DNA from: Phoronis australis
Lineage: Eukaryota > Animalia > Phoronida
NCBI GenBank assembly: GCA_002633005.1
Contig: NMRA01000665.1
Coordinates: 124,001-188,000 of the forward strand
Direction: 5' to 3'
DNA: 64,000 nt
Shown here: positions 1 to 13,181 of the stretch, piece after piece
Layout of the letters: the number at the start of each line of letters is the position of its first letter
How positions within the stretch are numbered: position 1 is the first letter of the stretch
The notes under the pieces: generated by a model
The model's database searches: none
Told to the model about the DNA's origin: nothing
The model's input: only the letters and a program-made list of their open reading frames with translations
Made by a program: the position numbers and the translations under genes

Positions 1-1757
1 TGAGAGAATAGTGTAAATTTAGATGGAAGTGAAGTTTGGTAGAGCAAAATATGCACAAATAAAATCATTTTCAGAGATTCAAACTAATGGAGGTTAATTC
101 ACTGTTGTGTTGGAACTACGTAATTTCCTAGCAGTTTAAGACTGAGTGGCATATCTCCAGCACGTAAATTCTGTGATGAAAGCCCAGAATCATTGTTACA
201 TTATTTTACATGGTAATTGCCCTTTTACAAGATCACTTCGGAGTACTATTGGTGGTTGGAGCTTCCCAGAAAATCCACAGGTGATACTAGACTGGAACAA
301 GCAAAGAGTTACACATTTAATCTCAATATGGGCAACATACATGCAAACAGTGTCTTGGAGATGCATGGCCACTGATTGAAATGACAAAGAAATACTCAAC
401 TGACATGAAAAAGGTCAAAAATATACTTTAAATATTTCAGACTTTTCAACTATTGAAAGTGAATTTCTCAGAAAGCTGTCTACTTAGGGTTGAACGAGAA
501 GTTAGAAATTCTGTCTTACCTGAAGCCAACTGCAAAACCACCCACAGGTGCCTCAATTCAGCGGATTCTTCTCACTGGTCCATGTAGGATTACATTTCAT
601 GTTGGCCATAAATTCAAACAACACCGCCGGCATAGAGAACGAAGTTCCAATTAATAGTGTCTAGTAACTTCTTGTCCTGAAGAGCCAAGCCCAACAAGCT
701 TTTGACATTTGCTTTCTGCACTCGGGCACTACAAGTGAGCACATAAGACAGATGTCGGCTTCTTCGTCTTCTTCTTCCAAATATTATCAAACTTCAACTT
801 GCTGAAGGCACAGACGGAAAAAGGCTATTCCAGCAACCTTGTGAGACTCAAGCATCTTCAGAACTTTTGTTTGAACTTTGCTAGTTTACCTCCTCTAGAG
901 AGGTCATGCCGTGCTTGAAGTGAACAAAATGCAAGGTCCAGTTTCCCATACCCCACTCACAGGATCACCTTCAGACAGAGCATTGCCAATACCCTTTATG
1001 TTTACCATGCAATAAGCCTACTAGTACATAATCTAGTAGAAATAATTACAGGCACACTTAAGTTTTTAACAAAGATTTAAATGCTCAATAGGGAACTTTT
1101 ATATTGGCACTCTCTAGAGAAATGAGAGCACAAAAATGATGCCGACTCAGATTTGGTGGACAGAACTTCAATTAGGCCTACTACACAATGTTTCATTAAT
1201 TTAAAAGCAAAGAAATAAATTCCGATGTCAACCCCTTCCATTTTTTATTAGTTTAAGTTCACTGCTTTATTTCAATTTTTAAAACCTTCTGGGATCGAAA
1301 TTCACTCGCTTTATCAGTTGCAGACACTGATTTTGTTGAGGATTCTTCTTTGAACTGGGAAATGTATGGAATACAATACCCTTGTTCATTCATTGATATT
1401 TCAAAAGTTTTGCCTATAAGTCATTAGTACATTCCACTGCACAGCACTGGAAATTTGCCGACATTGTAATAGAAGGAAAGGTGTCAAAATGCTGTTTTTT
1501 CCAGTAGGGTGAAACCTACCAGCCACATTACATAGGATTTGTAGGTGGCGCTGAATGCCTGTCCACCATAGACGTGATCGCCGTCTGGCGAGTTAGTGAA
1601 TTTCAATAGGGCGTGGCTATGTATTTCAAAAGTCAGCTATTAACTTGTGCAGGTCCTTATGAATAGGCTTGAGTTGCTGCTTGGCTGCAGCATACCTTGT
1701 TGACCCAGAATTTCTTTGATGTCCTGAGAGACAAAAACACCTCGCCTAGTCTATGTA

Positions 1758-3352
1758 CTCTCGAGTTCCGAATAGCCGTATCTATACGATTATTTTTTTC
1801 AGACTCGTTCCGGTCTATACGACGCTTATTCGGGTCTCTACGTTTATGAATTTTCTAACCTTTTTCCGCTCTCCATGATTATTTGATTCAGCAAGTTCAC
1901 AATTTTTGTTTCATTCAATCCAAATTTGTCACACAAAAACTTTGCTACAGATACGGACCGTGGCGATAACGCGGCCAGTCAACGAAGCGCAAATACCCGT
2001 GCAATTAATGAAGGATACCGAACCTTTCAATCAACAAAGTACCAACAAGATGCCGACATCGGACATCAGCATTTTTGAAATTCGCTCCAAACTTGAGAAT
2101 AGATTGTTTTTATGAACAGGGAGAATGGATTTGTGACAATCTTGAAAATGACACATAGTTGTTAACGTTCGACAATCCAGTCGATATCTATTGAAATTGA
2201 TTTCTACTTGCTCTCCCGTCCAAATAAATGGAAAAACGCACGTGAATCGGTTTATTATACCTAATTAGATATTCAAGATGGTGGACATAGTCATGATCGT
2301 GGACTCGAATGTTGGGCAAGAAATCTCAAATTTCTGGCAGTGTAAAATTTTGGATGTACCGACTTTTTGACGTCGTATTCTGACTAACATTACGAGGGTA
2401 TTGACTATGAACGTTGTGCAAGACATGAGATTGAGAGAAAACAAAGGCTCAACTGTCAGGACCATGTATGATAAAAATGCGACTCGTTTTACCAAGACAC
2501 TTTATTGTCTTTATTCAGACTGTCGGCATCATGGAAGACTGGACGTTGCCGCTGAAATCTTTACCTTCTTGTTATAGTTTTTGGACTTTAGTCGACATTA
2601 GCATCTCTAGTATGAATGTCACACTCTTTTTTGAGTAAAATGATTCCGCATGCTTTGAAACACATCTATTTCAACTTCCATTTAAAGTTAATGAATAAAC
2701 GAATGGTCTTTGTTTTAGCAATGACACTTTTATTCCACTTCACTGCACTATGTTATGGCATGGGTGGATACACCACTGCAATAATTTAACTATGCTAACG
2801 TTCAGTTTAAAAGTTTTTCTTTGAAACAATTACTTAAAGCGGTGGTAAGTCAGACAGAATTTGCTTCTTTGCCCTATAATTCCCATCTATATCATTATTA
2901 GATTTTGCACTTAATTCCTATTATTTCCATCTACCGTTACTAGATTTTATGCAAATTTGTAATCAATGTTATTATTCTAGTCTATGCTATTTTTAATTTT
3001 CTACAAATTTCCCGTCTATACCATTATTCCCTAGAATTTGCTGTTTTGCATTATTATTCCCTTGTATATCATTATTAGATTTTACCAAAATTTGTAATCA
3101 ATGCTATTATTCCAGTCTATACTATGTTTAAATTTCCACAAATTTGCTGTCTATATCATTATTCCATTCTATACTATTATTAATTTTTTCCAACAATTTC
3201 TGGTCTATACTATTATTCTACTTTTCTAGTGGCAAAAATGTTGGGTTTATTTTATTATTAGAGTCTCTACTATTATTAAAAATCGTGAAATTTTCCAGTC
3301 TATACTATTATTGCTGTCTCTACAACTATTCAGAACTCGAGAAAGTCGAGAG
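1758..3352. mobile_element. Non-autonomous Tc1/mariner (pogo/Tc2-like) DNA transposon, about 1.6 kb
   Basis: Left end TA|CTCTCGAGTTCCGAATAG (1756-1775). Right end CTATTCAGAACTCGAGAaagtcGAGAG|TA (3326-3354) is an imperfect inverted copy. TA flanks both sides. Array of degenerate CTATACTATTATT units at about 2870-3330. No transposase ORF. Superfamily inferred from TA flanks and terminal style. Confidence 0.6.
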
Positions 3353-3627
3353 TAGTCTTGGAGTAATAAGGTCTGTAAACGTTATTCCCATCTCATGCAA
3401 AAAAATAACAAACCTCCAGGGCAAACATTCATTGAAAAGTGCAACTGACTGTTTAATGTGCAAACGACCGTTGCATCTGCATGCACCATATACACTAAGT
3501 CAGGGTTTCCCCTGCGTGTAAACTTCTGGGCGTCCCGCCACGCTCCTTTTTGGCCCCGCCACTCGTAAATCATACTCAAATTGACCGCCACACACCTAAT
3601 AGTGACGGGGAAACTTCACCGCCACGC

Positions 3628-3736
3628 AAAAATCGCTGGTAAAAATGATCGTCAGTAAAAATGATCGCTAGTAACATTATCGCTAGTAAAATGAACCGCA
3701 AGTAAAAATGATCGCTAGTAAATGATCACTAGTAAT
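3628..3736. repeat. Degenerate minisatellite, about 16-17 bp unit AAAATGATCGCTAGTA, about 6-7 copies
   Basis: Directly visible tandem units (aaaatgatcgtcagta, aaaatgatcgctagta, aaatgatcactagta). Confidence 0.75.
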
Positions 3737-4781
3737 ATAGTACAAGTCACACGGCAACTTTCACCGTTTGTGGATCGAAAGGGAAAAATAATAATTTTAC
3801 AATGGGACCTTGAATTGTGTTCGTTTAACACAATCATTCAATCCCCAATCCCCTTTCGTACCCCATTTCCGCCTGGTTATCCAACAATGCATATCAACTT
3901 AATACAGCCGGGGACCAGGCACTGACCTCGATACGAATTTTCTAAAATGGGAAAGTGCCAGGGCTCGCTAATGAAGTAAGAAACAGTAAGATTTCTGCTT
4001 CATCCATTTTATCGTGTCCGAGTTTACAAAAGACATTGCGAATTATACTGCAGGGCGTGACATCCAACTGTTTAATCAACCATAGCCCAGCGCCAAAATG
4101 ACGATATTGAATGTTAACTAGTCTCAGATTTGTCTGCATGGACTGGATTATACATCGTCTGCTACGCCGGCCAACGCCAATCCACTATCACTGATTTATG
4201 TTTAGCAAGACAATATCAACGGAAGTTTTGTTACACGAATTAGTTTATTACGTCTACAAATTTCACATATTATTTTTCCTATGTTTGTCACTGCGTAGAT
4301 AATTAAATTTTAACACTGTTTTTGTACTTAAGTGCGACAGAGATCACACTGATCACACTATGCCGGACACTTCATTGCCAATTTGTCTTGCAAAGTGTCC
4401 TTTACCCAGATACTTCCACTACATGATGCTCGAATTGGGGTCTTGTCTATGATAAGCAAACTGCAACACCAATTACATCTAATTTTCAAATTTTGCCTGG
4501 GTAAGGTCTACCAATCCCCCCCCCCCCCCCCCNCCCCCCCCCCCCCCGATGGGAGGATCTCAATTCATCCCATGCTTGCGTGTGGCGCCGGGTTCCACAT
4601 CCGCGTCGAGCATTCACCACCATACTCCTTTCGAAACCCAGACAATAGGAGGACCCCACTTCTCATCTTCTCATATTCGCGTGCGGCAACGGGCTTTGAA
4701 CCCCATTTTGGCCATTTACCACCATGCTCCTTTCAAAACCCAGGGGAAACACTGATAAGTAGTATTGCAAATTATACTCAC

Positions 4782-4924
4782 ATGTTCAGCAAACACAACA
4801 AGGGCTTGGCAAGCCTCTGCTGCCTCCATGACAAAGCCACAGGCATCATAAAACTCAGTAATGTCGCCCTCATTTCCAGTGTAGAAAAAAATTGGTCCAG
4901 CATGCTCCTTGCTCCACCATTTAT
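4782..4924 (-). CDS. DPP7: DPP7-like S28 serine peptidase, coding exon 2
   Basis: Acceptor tttcag| at 4926-4925, donor |gtgagt at 4781. Translates (phase 1 to 0) as (D)KWWSKEHAGPIFFYTGNEGDITEFYDACGFVMEAAEACQALVVFAEH, matching the GPIFFYTGNEGD...VFAEH signature of DPP7/PRCP. Missed by the ORF track. The next RYYG exon was not found in 1-4780. Confidence 0.93.
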
Positions 4925-6030
4925 CTGAAATGAATATAATCCTAAGAATTTTTCCTTACAAAGCTTGTTCAACATGAGCTATACAGCATACAACCATTAA
5001 CAGTTTTTGCTGTATATATTTGTAGTGTTACGCCATGGTGCTAAACTGATTGTTTTCGAACCCTTACTTTCTTTGCTATCGAAAGTACAACTTAAGAGGT
5101 GCGACGATACATAATTTCAGAAATTTTGCTCCAATTAAATTTTTTAAGCGCAATTCGATTATTTTCAAATCAATTTCTATTCATGAAATAAATACAGTTA
5201 GTTTACTACCATTGATAGCAATTTTAACAACTTCAACATAAAATAATAAAATTTTTATTATTTACCTTTAACTTTTTCTTAAGGAAAATGAGGGCCAACA
5301 TTTAGTGCTAACATTCCTGTTGAGCATTCATGAACTTCTCTGCTGTGGAAAAGTGTTAAAAATGATGAGATTTCAACTGCTACGGAATCAACAATGACTC
5401 GGCCCATTTTGAACGCACATTCCCACACTATCACCATTTGAGCGAACCATACAAGGGTAAAATTTTCGTTTCAACTCATTGTAACCTAAGGCGGTTGACA
5501 CCCGACAGTGTTTGACCTTCAGCAAATAAATGCGCTGGCCCGCTGGGTCAGTTACTTGAATATGAGACCACATAGGGCCTATATGTGAAAGTTTACTAGC
5601 CTGGCCGCAAATCTATTGGCTCTAGGCCGAAAAGGGTAAATCGGAAGCTAGGATTCGTCAAATTTACGCTTCGTAATGTATCTGTAACCTATTGACAGAC
5701 TTTCTACAAAATTGTGATGTATTGCTATCAAACACCATTGTTAAATTAATGATCATTTTAAAGAAAATTGTGCTGAAAACGCAGAGTGAAAACTCGCCGA
5801 TTCATCACTGACTCCCGATCGTCGATACGACAGCTTGAAAAAAATAGTTTCGACTAAACAAATTAGCTGAAATCCTCACTTAGTTTTCCAAATAGCGTAC
5901 CTAAGATTTTTAAGTTGCTGTGTACTTGAGATTAAAAGCAGGTTAAGTCCAAAGTTAGTACCCCGTAACAGGAGAAAAATCTCTGGATGAACACACATGT
6001 TGTTGTCATGTGACATTTGTTTTGAAGATC

Positions 6031-6086
6031 GTGTGTGTGTATGTGTGTGTGTGTGTGTGCGTGCGTGGTGCGTGCGTGTGTGTGTG
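6031..6086. repeat. (TG)n/(TGCG)n microsatellite in DPP7 intron 1
   Basis: Directly visible. Confidence 0.95.
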
Positions 6087-7120
6087 AGCATATATGCATG
6101 TCATCTGCGTTCATTTGCCGGAGTTATCGCAATATAACGATCTAGGTGTGCATTGTAACTAAAGAAATGAGTAGTAACGCAGAAAGTGTTTTGTTTAGCA
6201 CTTGCTGGTCTTTTCTACTGTTAAAACATGCGGTAAGTCCGATAAAATGTCATTAAGTCGCCAGGTGACTGCATGAATGACAATCTGACAGTTATTTTAC
6301 AGGAGATTCCAGTGTGAGGGTGTGGAGGTTTTCACTATCAGTGAAGCATTTTATCAGGTATTTGACTTTAAAAACACCAATTATCTGATTAATAAAACAA
6401 TGCCTCTCAAAAATAATGCAACAGTTTTTGTATGGCATTAGAAACATTCAGAAATTAGTACCAATATTTATTCTTGCCAATGCTACAAGCTACAAATAGT
6501 TTCATTAAAAGTACCCAAAGACTAATGTGTGCTATGACAGGTATGTAGCGCGTGCTTCTTGGCCACACGCTTTTAACAACAATTTTGGTGCGAGACAGTC
6601 GTCAGCTGAATGGCATATTTTGAGTACCATTCTTTGATTCGTGGTTTTCATGCGTACGAAGAAGTTTGGAGTCCTGTTGAGGGAAGGATTCAAAACTGTA
6701 TGAGATACAATCCCATTTACAAGTACGCTGTGTGGGACATGTTCCTCACAATATCAGCAAAACGTTTGTGTTCTTTTTGAAGCATGGCAGAGGTTTGAAG
6801 TGTGTAGTCAAAGCTAAATACCAACATAGCGGCGAGGCTGGTGGTCTAAAAATTTCAATTTTTCCAGGACTGCTGGATCTTGTTGATAAGACATTACTAT
6901 AGGATTTAGGACTATACTGTAGGTAATACTTTTTTCACATGTACACGTTTATGGGCTGGGCAAAAACATGTGGGGGAGGGGGTTATAGGGGCTTGGGCGC
7001 TTATTAGACCGAATACCGCAGAAGTGAACACTGGTCGATCATCATTGCACAGCTCTGCTGTTGTCGGACGGTCTCGTTATCATGACATGATTCACATAAA
7101 AGTTTGAGCTGTGTACTAAT

Positions 7121-7185
7121 AGCCAGGAATCGAACCAGCGACTCCGATAAAACCGGCAAGCGAGCTAACCATTCAGCTAATAGGC
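7121..7185 (-). mobile_element. Degenerate tRNA-like segment (probable tRNA-derived SINE head or tRNA pseudogene)
   Basis: Minus strand has TAGCTGAATGGTTAG (A-box-like) and GGTTCGATTCC (B-box) at tRNA-like spacing. Acceptor and T stems do not pair properly, so it is not a functional tRNA. Confidence 0.4.
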
Positions 7186-7276
7186 ATATTACCCATTGCC
7201 GGGTGCCTGACCGAGACTCGTCACATGATTCTCCGGAACAGTGTTCAAGTTTACTGTTTAGGTTAGGTCCACAAAC

Positions 7277-7445
7277 CTTGAATCAGATATCGCTGATCAA
7301 ATGTACTTCGCTGGTCTGGAGAACTGAGGTAACCGAGAAAATTAAAATGATAAATTTGTTGTTTAAAATATTCCACACGATACGGTAAACTATAGCAAGG
7401 AACAAGGCAACACACCACCAAACTCCAACTCAGGAGCCGCGCCAT
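7277..7445 (-). CDS. DPP7: DPP7-like S28 serine peptidase, coding exon 1 with signal peptide
   Basis: MARLLSWSLVVCCLVPCYS (signal peptide) then LPYRVEYFKQQIYHFNF...TFDQRYLIQ. Phase-1 donor G|gtttgt at 7276 joins exon 2 in frame. HFNF and GPIFFY favour DPP7 over PRCP. Confidence 0.9.
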
Positions 7446-7678
7446 TTTTAAAACATGATGTTGTCTAGTAACTTAAATATTTATTCGAATTTTGTGGTAC
7501 AGATATTATTATATACGTAGCAAAATGTTGGTGTAATGATACTCTTTTATTTGCAGAAAGTTCTAAATTCAACTAAAAGTACCGTTTTTTTCAATAATTT
7601 TGAAATAATCGTAACAGTGTTAAAACTCACTTCCGCTTAACACACACATCCGGGGCTCTTTTCGCGTAAACTTAGGAG
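7440..7678. promoter_or_regulatory. Bidirectional (head-to-head) promoter region DPP7/OSTC
   Basis: Divergent ATGs at 7445 (-) and 7679 (+), 233 bp apart. ETS core ACTTCCG at 7629-7635, CATCCGG near 7648, YY1-type CGCCATTTT at 7440-7448. Confidence 0.7.
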
Positions 7679-7817
7679 ATGGAGTCGTTGTATAGCCTGC
7701 CTTTTACTGTTTTAGAATGTCCAAATTTAAAACTGAAGAAGCCGTCATGGGTCAGAATGCCCTCTGCAATGTTTATGTTTGCAATAGTTCTCTTATCGTA
7801 CTTTTTAGTAACAGGAG
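7679..7817 (+). CDS. OSTC: Oligosaccharyltransferase complex subunit OSTC (DC2), exon 1
   Basis: [46 protein letters not shown], very close to the OSTC N-terminus. Donor G|gttagt at 7818. Confidence 0.97.
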
Positions 7818-8081
7818 GTTAGTTTCCTTTTCGTGTGTTGACATATTTTGCTCCTTGGTTTGTAATAATGTGTGTGTACGCGTGGCAGTGTCGAAAGTCG
7901 AAACAAGGCCAGTGACGACCGGCTATTGTCCCTGCCCACGGGAACTAATTTTCATGTTTACAAAACAAGCCTGCTATATTCTATATTTGTAAAGGTTGGA
8001 CTTGAGCAGCCTTTTATGGACACTGAGGCAGAGTTGATGGTTATTTTTTAGTTACAAATAACCACAGTTTTCCTCTGCCCT

Positions 8082-8480
8082 GGCACTGGATTTGGCCTAC
8101 TGCCCGTTTAAAATATAGGGACGAAATTCGTACAGAAAGTGATGGGAAGTATTGTAGCCATTAACTGGCCAACTGAAGGGCTAAATGTTGCCTAGTATCA
8201 TATCTGTTTATTTTTAATTTCCTAAATTTTTAATTTACTAAATTGAGTAACATTGACATAAAAAACATGAGGTGATTGCTTGATTTTAACCAACATAAGA
8301 ACTTTTGAAATAATTGATTTGGGAAAGAAGTAACCTGCAGTGTTATTCCCCAGCACCACATCATGTAGGCAACACGTAGCCCCTCGGTTGGCTGCTTAGG
8401 GGCTACAATACTTCCCGTCGCTTTGTGTATGAATTTCATCCCATTTATTTTAAACAGGAGGTAGGCCAAATCCGGTCACC
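8082..8480. mobile_element. MITE with about 115-bp imperfect terminal inverted repeats in OSTC intron 1
   Basis: About 8082-8195 (ggatttggcctac...gggaagtattgtagcc...gttgccta) is the reverse complement of about 8365-8480, with an AT-rich spacer. TSD not resolved. Confidence 0.75.
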
Positions 8481-9572
8481 GATTAACAGTTTTCACCTTG
8501 TCAAAAGTACATTCCATGCTTAAAACTATCACTTAAAAAAGCGCTTACTTTCTTCAGTGGTCCTTTCTACTTGTACACATATCTTTGATGAAGCTTAGTT
8601 TTAAAAGAGAATTAAGGTGACTTTGGCGAAGAATTCCAACTCCACTTTTTTGGTCAGCATTAACTTTTTCACCACGTGCATAACACTTGCAAAATAGCAT
8701 GGGAAGGTATCAGGTGAAATTTGTAAGATTTTTGTCCCTTGGACTTTTTATTCATCAACATGCGTGGGGTCACGTAACTTCCTCAAAATGGCGCCCGGTA
8801 AGAGAAACTTGAGCAAACCACGACAGGTTTTCATCAATTTGTTCAAATTATTTTGACTGAATCGTCTCCACGCTTATGATGTATGTTAATTATAAATGCA
8901 TGTGCATATGTGCATGGTTTCAGTTGATTTTCTTTCCTGTATTTTGAAATTCGTAACTTTTTGTGGGGATGTCCCTGTATGCATGTGGTGTCCAGGGCGA
9001 TGTAATTGCCTACAAATCACGATACTTACTGGACACCAGGTCATTTTCGCGTCATAACTCTTTCCTAAAAAACATTTGGCAATGTTCGCATCATCACTGT
9101 GTTTCTAACTAATTTGGCCAAGCACTCACAGATTTAAAGAATTAGCGTGCTAGTTTCACTTGTTTGTTTGGGCATCAAAATCCTGAACAGGGCATCCTAA
9201 CAATGGTGTCAAACTGAGGCAGGGTGCACATTTGGATGACGTGAACACCTTGATGAAGGTCTGGATGGAATTTAAGTCATAGTGCTTGATGGAGCTCCCA
9301 CGAATGTCAGTTTTTATGACATCATCAATAAAAGTGTTGGTGAAACAATTTTTATGGATCCGTCTAATCACCCTCTACCTGAATCAGTGAGACATGGAAC
9401 AAACTGATTGTTTTGGCAAGAACATTGCATTCTAGTTATTTTTGTGGGTTTTTGAATTTTGATGATTTGGTTTAAAAACAGTATTGTCAGATAAAAAAGG
9501 ACGGTGTCATAAAACTCATGGCATTACAGTGAAATAGTTCAATGCAGCCAGTTTGTGTTATTTTCATTGCAG

Positions 9573-9646
9573 GTATTATCTATGACGTGATTGTTGAACC
9601 ACCAAGTATAGGGTCCACAACAGATGAGAGAGGCAATTCTCGACCT
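9573..9646 (+). CDS. OSTC: OSTC exon 2
   Basis: Acceptor ttgcag|, (G)[24 protein letters not shown], donor |gtgggt. Phases 1 to 0 are consistent with the flanking exons. Confidence 0.97.
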
Positions 9647-11051
9647 GTGGGTATTTTGACTTTTGACTGATTGTTTTCATTTCACTGCAGCTCTGAAATC
9701 TCAGTAACTTAGAACACAAGGTGGCACACAAATGAAAGTCTATTTTCTCATACAGGACTCGTAATTTTCCTCCTTTAAGAGAATTTCTTCTTTTTTTTTG
9801 TTTTGATGTCCATTTATTTGATTTCCAGTTTCCTTTACTTTTTTGTCATTGTATTGTCTTATTCTTGACGCCAAACCTTTTTTTGCAGTCAACTTTTACA
9901 ACTCAAAAATATTTCTATATCACACAAGCCTATTTATTGGTGGAATGATACATCACTTGGAAAATTGTTCCTCTTTTTGATCATTGGTCATTCCAAGCCC
10001 TGCTCATATCTTTTCATGAAATATATTTAGCATCAAATTAATGCTTTACTGCGTTCGAGTTCTGTACCATAGCTACCGTGAGAAAACATTTGAAAACGAG
10101 GCATTTAGGGCAATGTAAGATGACCTTGTGAAACGGAAAGGTGATTCTGGCAATTACATTTGTCCGATATTGATGACATTTCTCTTTGCTGTAATTGCAT
10201 TTGTGTGATCTTCACTCCAGAATTGATCATTGTAACTTGTCAAAGTATTTTTCGAAAATTGTTTTGCGGTTAAAAATTGCTGTAGTTATTGCAGTGTCGC
10301 CGCTGTATGTTTTTAAGCATGGTATGAAACTGTCTAATATACAAAATTATGATTACTCGGACCTGCTTTTGCTTAAATATATCTTAAAGGTATGTAGAAG
10401 AATCTTCTTTAATTCAGACTTAGATTAAGTGTCGCACATCTTGTGCTTTGGACCCGCTGATTTTATATTAGATTGCCATTTTGTCAAAAGTACAGTTCAC
10501 GCCAACAGTGTGACCCGAAATTGCCCGTCTGTCATGATGGCGAGGTGGAACTAGAAGCCAAATTCATTGCCCGTGTAGCCTTCCCTAATGTGTGAAAATG
10601 AATGGAATTTACCAGGAAAGTTAGCAAGGTGGTTAAGCCATCCTGTAAATAGACATTTGCTGCCCCGACGGCCCTTATCAGTCGTTTTTCTCTGTTAGCA
10701 CAACCACCCGACATGTTGGATGTTGGGTTACTTTTGTCTTGTAGTGTAGTTTGTGTTTGGTGTTTAAATCTCAGTGATTTCAGAGAGCATGCACTGACCA
10801 GTGGCAGTCAGAACATACAGACCTTTTTGTCACTGTGGTATGTCTTATGATTAAGAGTAGATCGCGAATTATTTTTTACAGGCATCAATATTCATGTCGG
10901 GCTTTATACGTGTACATGTAATAAATAGAAAAATAGACCTTCATACATTTGTGGCCACCAATCACATTGTCAAGTTCATTCCCATAACGTGGCCCCTGTG
11001 TTCCAGCAGTCTTTGCCCATCCATCAGTCTCCCTTGTCATCTATCCTTTAG

Positions 11052-11269
11052 GTGGCGTTCATGCCCTACAGGGTCAACGGGCAGTATATCATGGAAGGCC
11101 TGGCCTCCAGCTTTCTCTTCACCATTGGCGGACTCGGATTTGTAATACTTGACCAGTGTAACAGCCCGCTCACGCCCAAACTCAACAGAGTCCTCCTTCT
11201 GAGCGTGGCCTCGGTCTGTATCCTGGTCTCATTCTTTACACTACGTGTCTTCATGAGGATGAAACTGCC
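11052..11269 (+). CDS. OSTC: OSTC exon 3
   Basis: Acceptor ctttag|, [34 protein letters not shown]...RVFMRMKL, donor CC|gtaagt. Confidence 0.98.
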
Positions 11270-12974
11270 GTAAGTAGCAAGCCATAGGCAATTCTCCAGT
11301 AGTCTGGCTCAAAAATGGTGGCCAAAAAGACCATTTTGGCTACTTTTCAAGGAGCTAGCTTATTGTCAGTTGTCAAAATTTTTGTGAAACGTGTTAGGTT
11401 GATATGCCTGGTTTAGAGTATGGTAATTTTTCAACCATTTGGTGCAAAAATAATTGCCAAATGCCATAATGTTGCTATTTAGCACTCGGTGCTTAGCATA
11501 ACGTCAACTCATCAAAGATGATGAGAGTAACACACTGCCTGCTTGGTGGCAGCCAATTTTCCCCTCAAATGTTTTTGTAAAACGGGGTTTGCTAAATTTA
11601 CAGAGCAGAAGAAATAAAATGGAGGGTTTCTTTATATGGATTTTACTTTTTTTGTCAGTAAGTAACGAAGGCTTATATTTGTAGAGAGAGTCATGTGTTT
11701 GTACGATGTGCCTTGAGAGGAAAGACATGTCGTGGGGTTTGTGAGAATGGGAGTGTAGGCTTCTTGTTTGTGTGCAGCAATGGAATTCTAGACCCTTAGT
11801 TCAACAGTGGTTTTTCCTCAATGTTTTGGCTCCTGCCTTGTGTTTCAATTCGTTGACTTTCTAATGACATTTTTACCCACTGATGTAGCGCTCCATATTC
11901 CTTATTCCGTCAAGAGTTGTTTTGGTCATTGCCACCATTATTTATCTGGAAAAATCTTTGATAACTTAGACTTTTGAAATTCTTAATGCTGGTGTAGGAT
12001 CTGTAATGCCTCTCAGACTTTCCTTGTTGAATACTTGACCTTATGTGTGGATCAAGGATTGTAGCAGGAGGTCATCTCCCAAGGGACAGGCATTGGATCA
12101 GGGAGGACACACCTCACTGTTTTGCAAAACAAGAAATTCAAACGGATGGTAATTACATGTTCGAAAGTCCATGTCTGTAAGGAATCTAGGAATCAGTACA
12201 CTGAACTGGTGTCAAACATCCAAAATGTGTTCTTTTGGTGAAGAAATGACTAATACCCTATTGGTTCAATCTTGTTGCTTTGTTCGTCACACTCGACGTG
12301 GGTGAGCCACTCATCATAGCAAAATCCGAACTTATTACCATGACGAGTCGTATCTAATTGTGGATAACACTGATTTACCAAATGCCCCTCTGTATCTGTG
12401 CCTGCATCCTACGATATTGTACATCTAACTGAAAGTTGACTAGTCTGTTTTTCTTGAATGTGAATTAAGACATAAATTTGACCTTTTGCTTGCACTTCGC
12501 AATTGAGATTTGTGCTAATTTGTCGCTTTCTGGTGTGACACAGTGTGGTTGGCAAATGAAATTCTGTTTTGCCAAGTTTATCCTCAAAAATAAAGATTAA
12601 GAACTGGTTTGGTCCAGTTACCAGCAGTGTGTTGATGTCAAACAGCATTTACTTAAATTCGCATTGTGTGCAAAAAGGTAATTGTTCTTTGAAAAATAGA
12701 AACAATGTCTTTTGTAAATCATTTCTCTGCAAAATAACAGGAAAATTACCATAGTCAAGTAATTATGAGTTCTCAGTCTGGAAATAAGTGATGGAAATTA
12801 TCTCAGTAATCTGCAGTTATGTATATATTCTGAGAGGCTTCGCTCGTTTGCTGTAGCGGGGTTTAATCATTTTTCAGAAATAGTCATTTGGAGCGCAGTA
12901 CCTGATTTCTGACGTTTTTGTATTAATTCACTTTTCATGATACAAACTTCAGGTGTATTACATTCTTGTTACAG

Positions 12975-12993
12975 GGGATACCTGTCAAGTTAG
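12975..12993 (+). CDS. OSTC: OSTC exon 4 (terminal)
   Basis: Acceptor ttacag|, completes PGYLSS*. The four exons sum to 450 nt = 149 aa plus stop, the same length as human OSTC. Confidence 0.92.
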
Positions 12994-13175
12994 AAAAATC
13001 AAAGAAGATGCAAAGGTGACCTTCAACAAAGAATCCATGCTTCAATACTTGGTCATCATGTTTTACCACGGATTTCAGCTTCTCATAATTGTTATACACT
13101 TTGCTTTTGTCAACAGAAACCCAAGTTTGTCAAGCAGTTCTGTACAATTTGTTGATTGTCATATTTTTATGTAAA

Positions 13176-13181
13176 AATAAA
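13176..13181 (+). terminator. Probable polyadenylation signal of OSTC
   Basis: AATAAA about 180 nt after the OSTC stop, followed by T-rich sequence. Confidence 0.6.

Noticed and set aside
4383-4928. 181-aa plus-strand ORF with poly-Pro
   Set aside because: The poly-Pro comes from a poly-C run containing an N, and the 3' part is antisense to DPP7 exon 2.
7121-7185. Functional tRNA gene
   Set aside because: A and B boxes are present, but the acceptor and T stems do not base-pair. Kept only as a SINE-like relic.
7717-7992. 91-aa ORF at the OSTC locus
   Set aside because: Wrong frame. The real exon starts at ATG 7679 and ends at the donor at 7818.
7818-12974. Intronic snoRNAs or U12-type introns in OSTC
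   Set aside because: All donors are U2-type GT, and no convincing C/D box pair with a terminal stem was found by eye.
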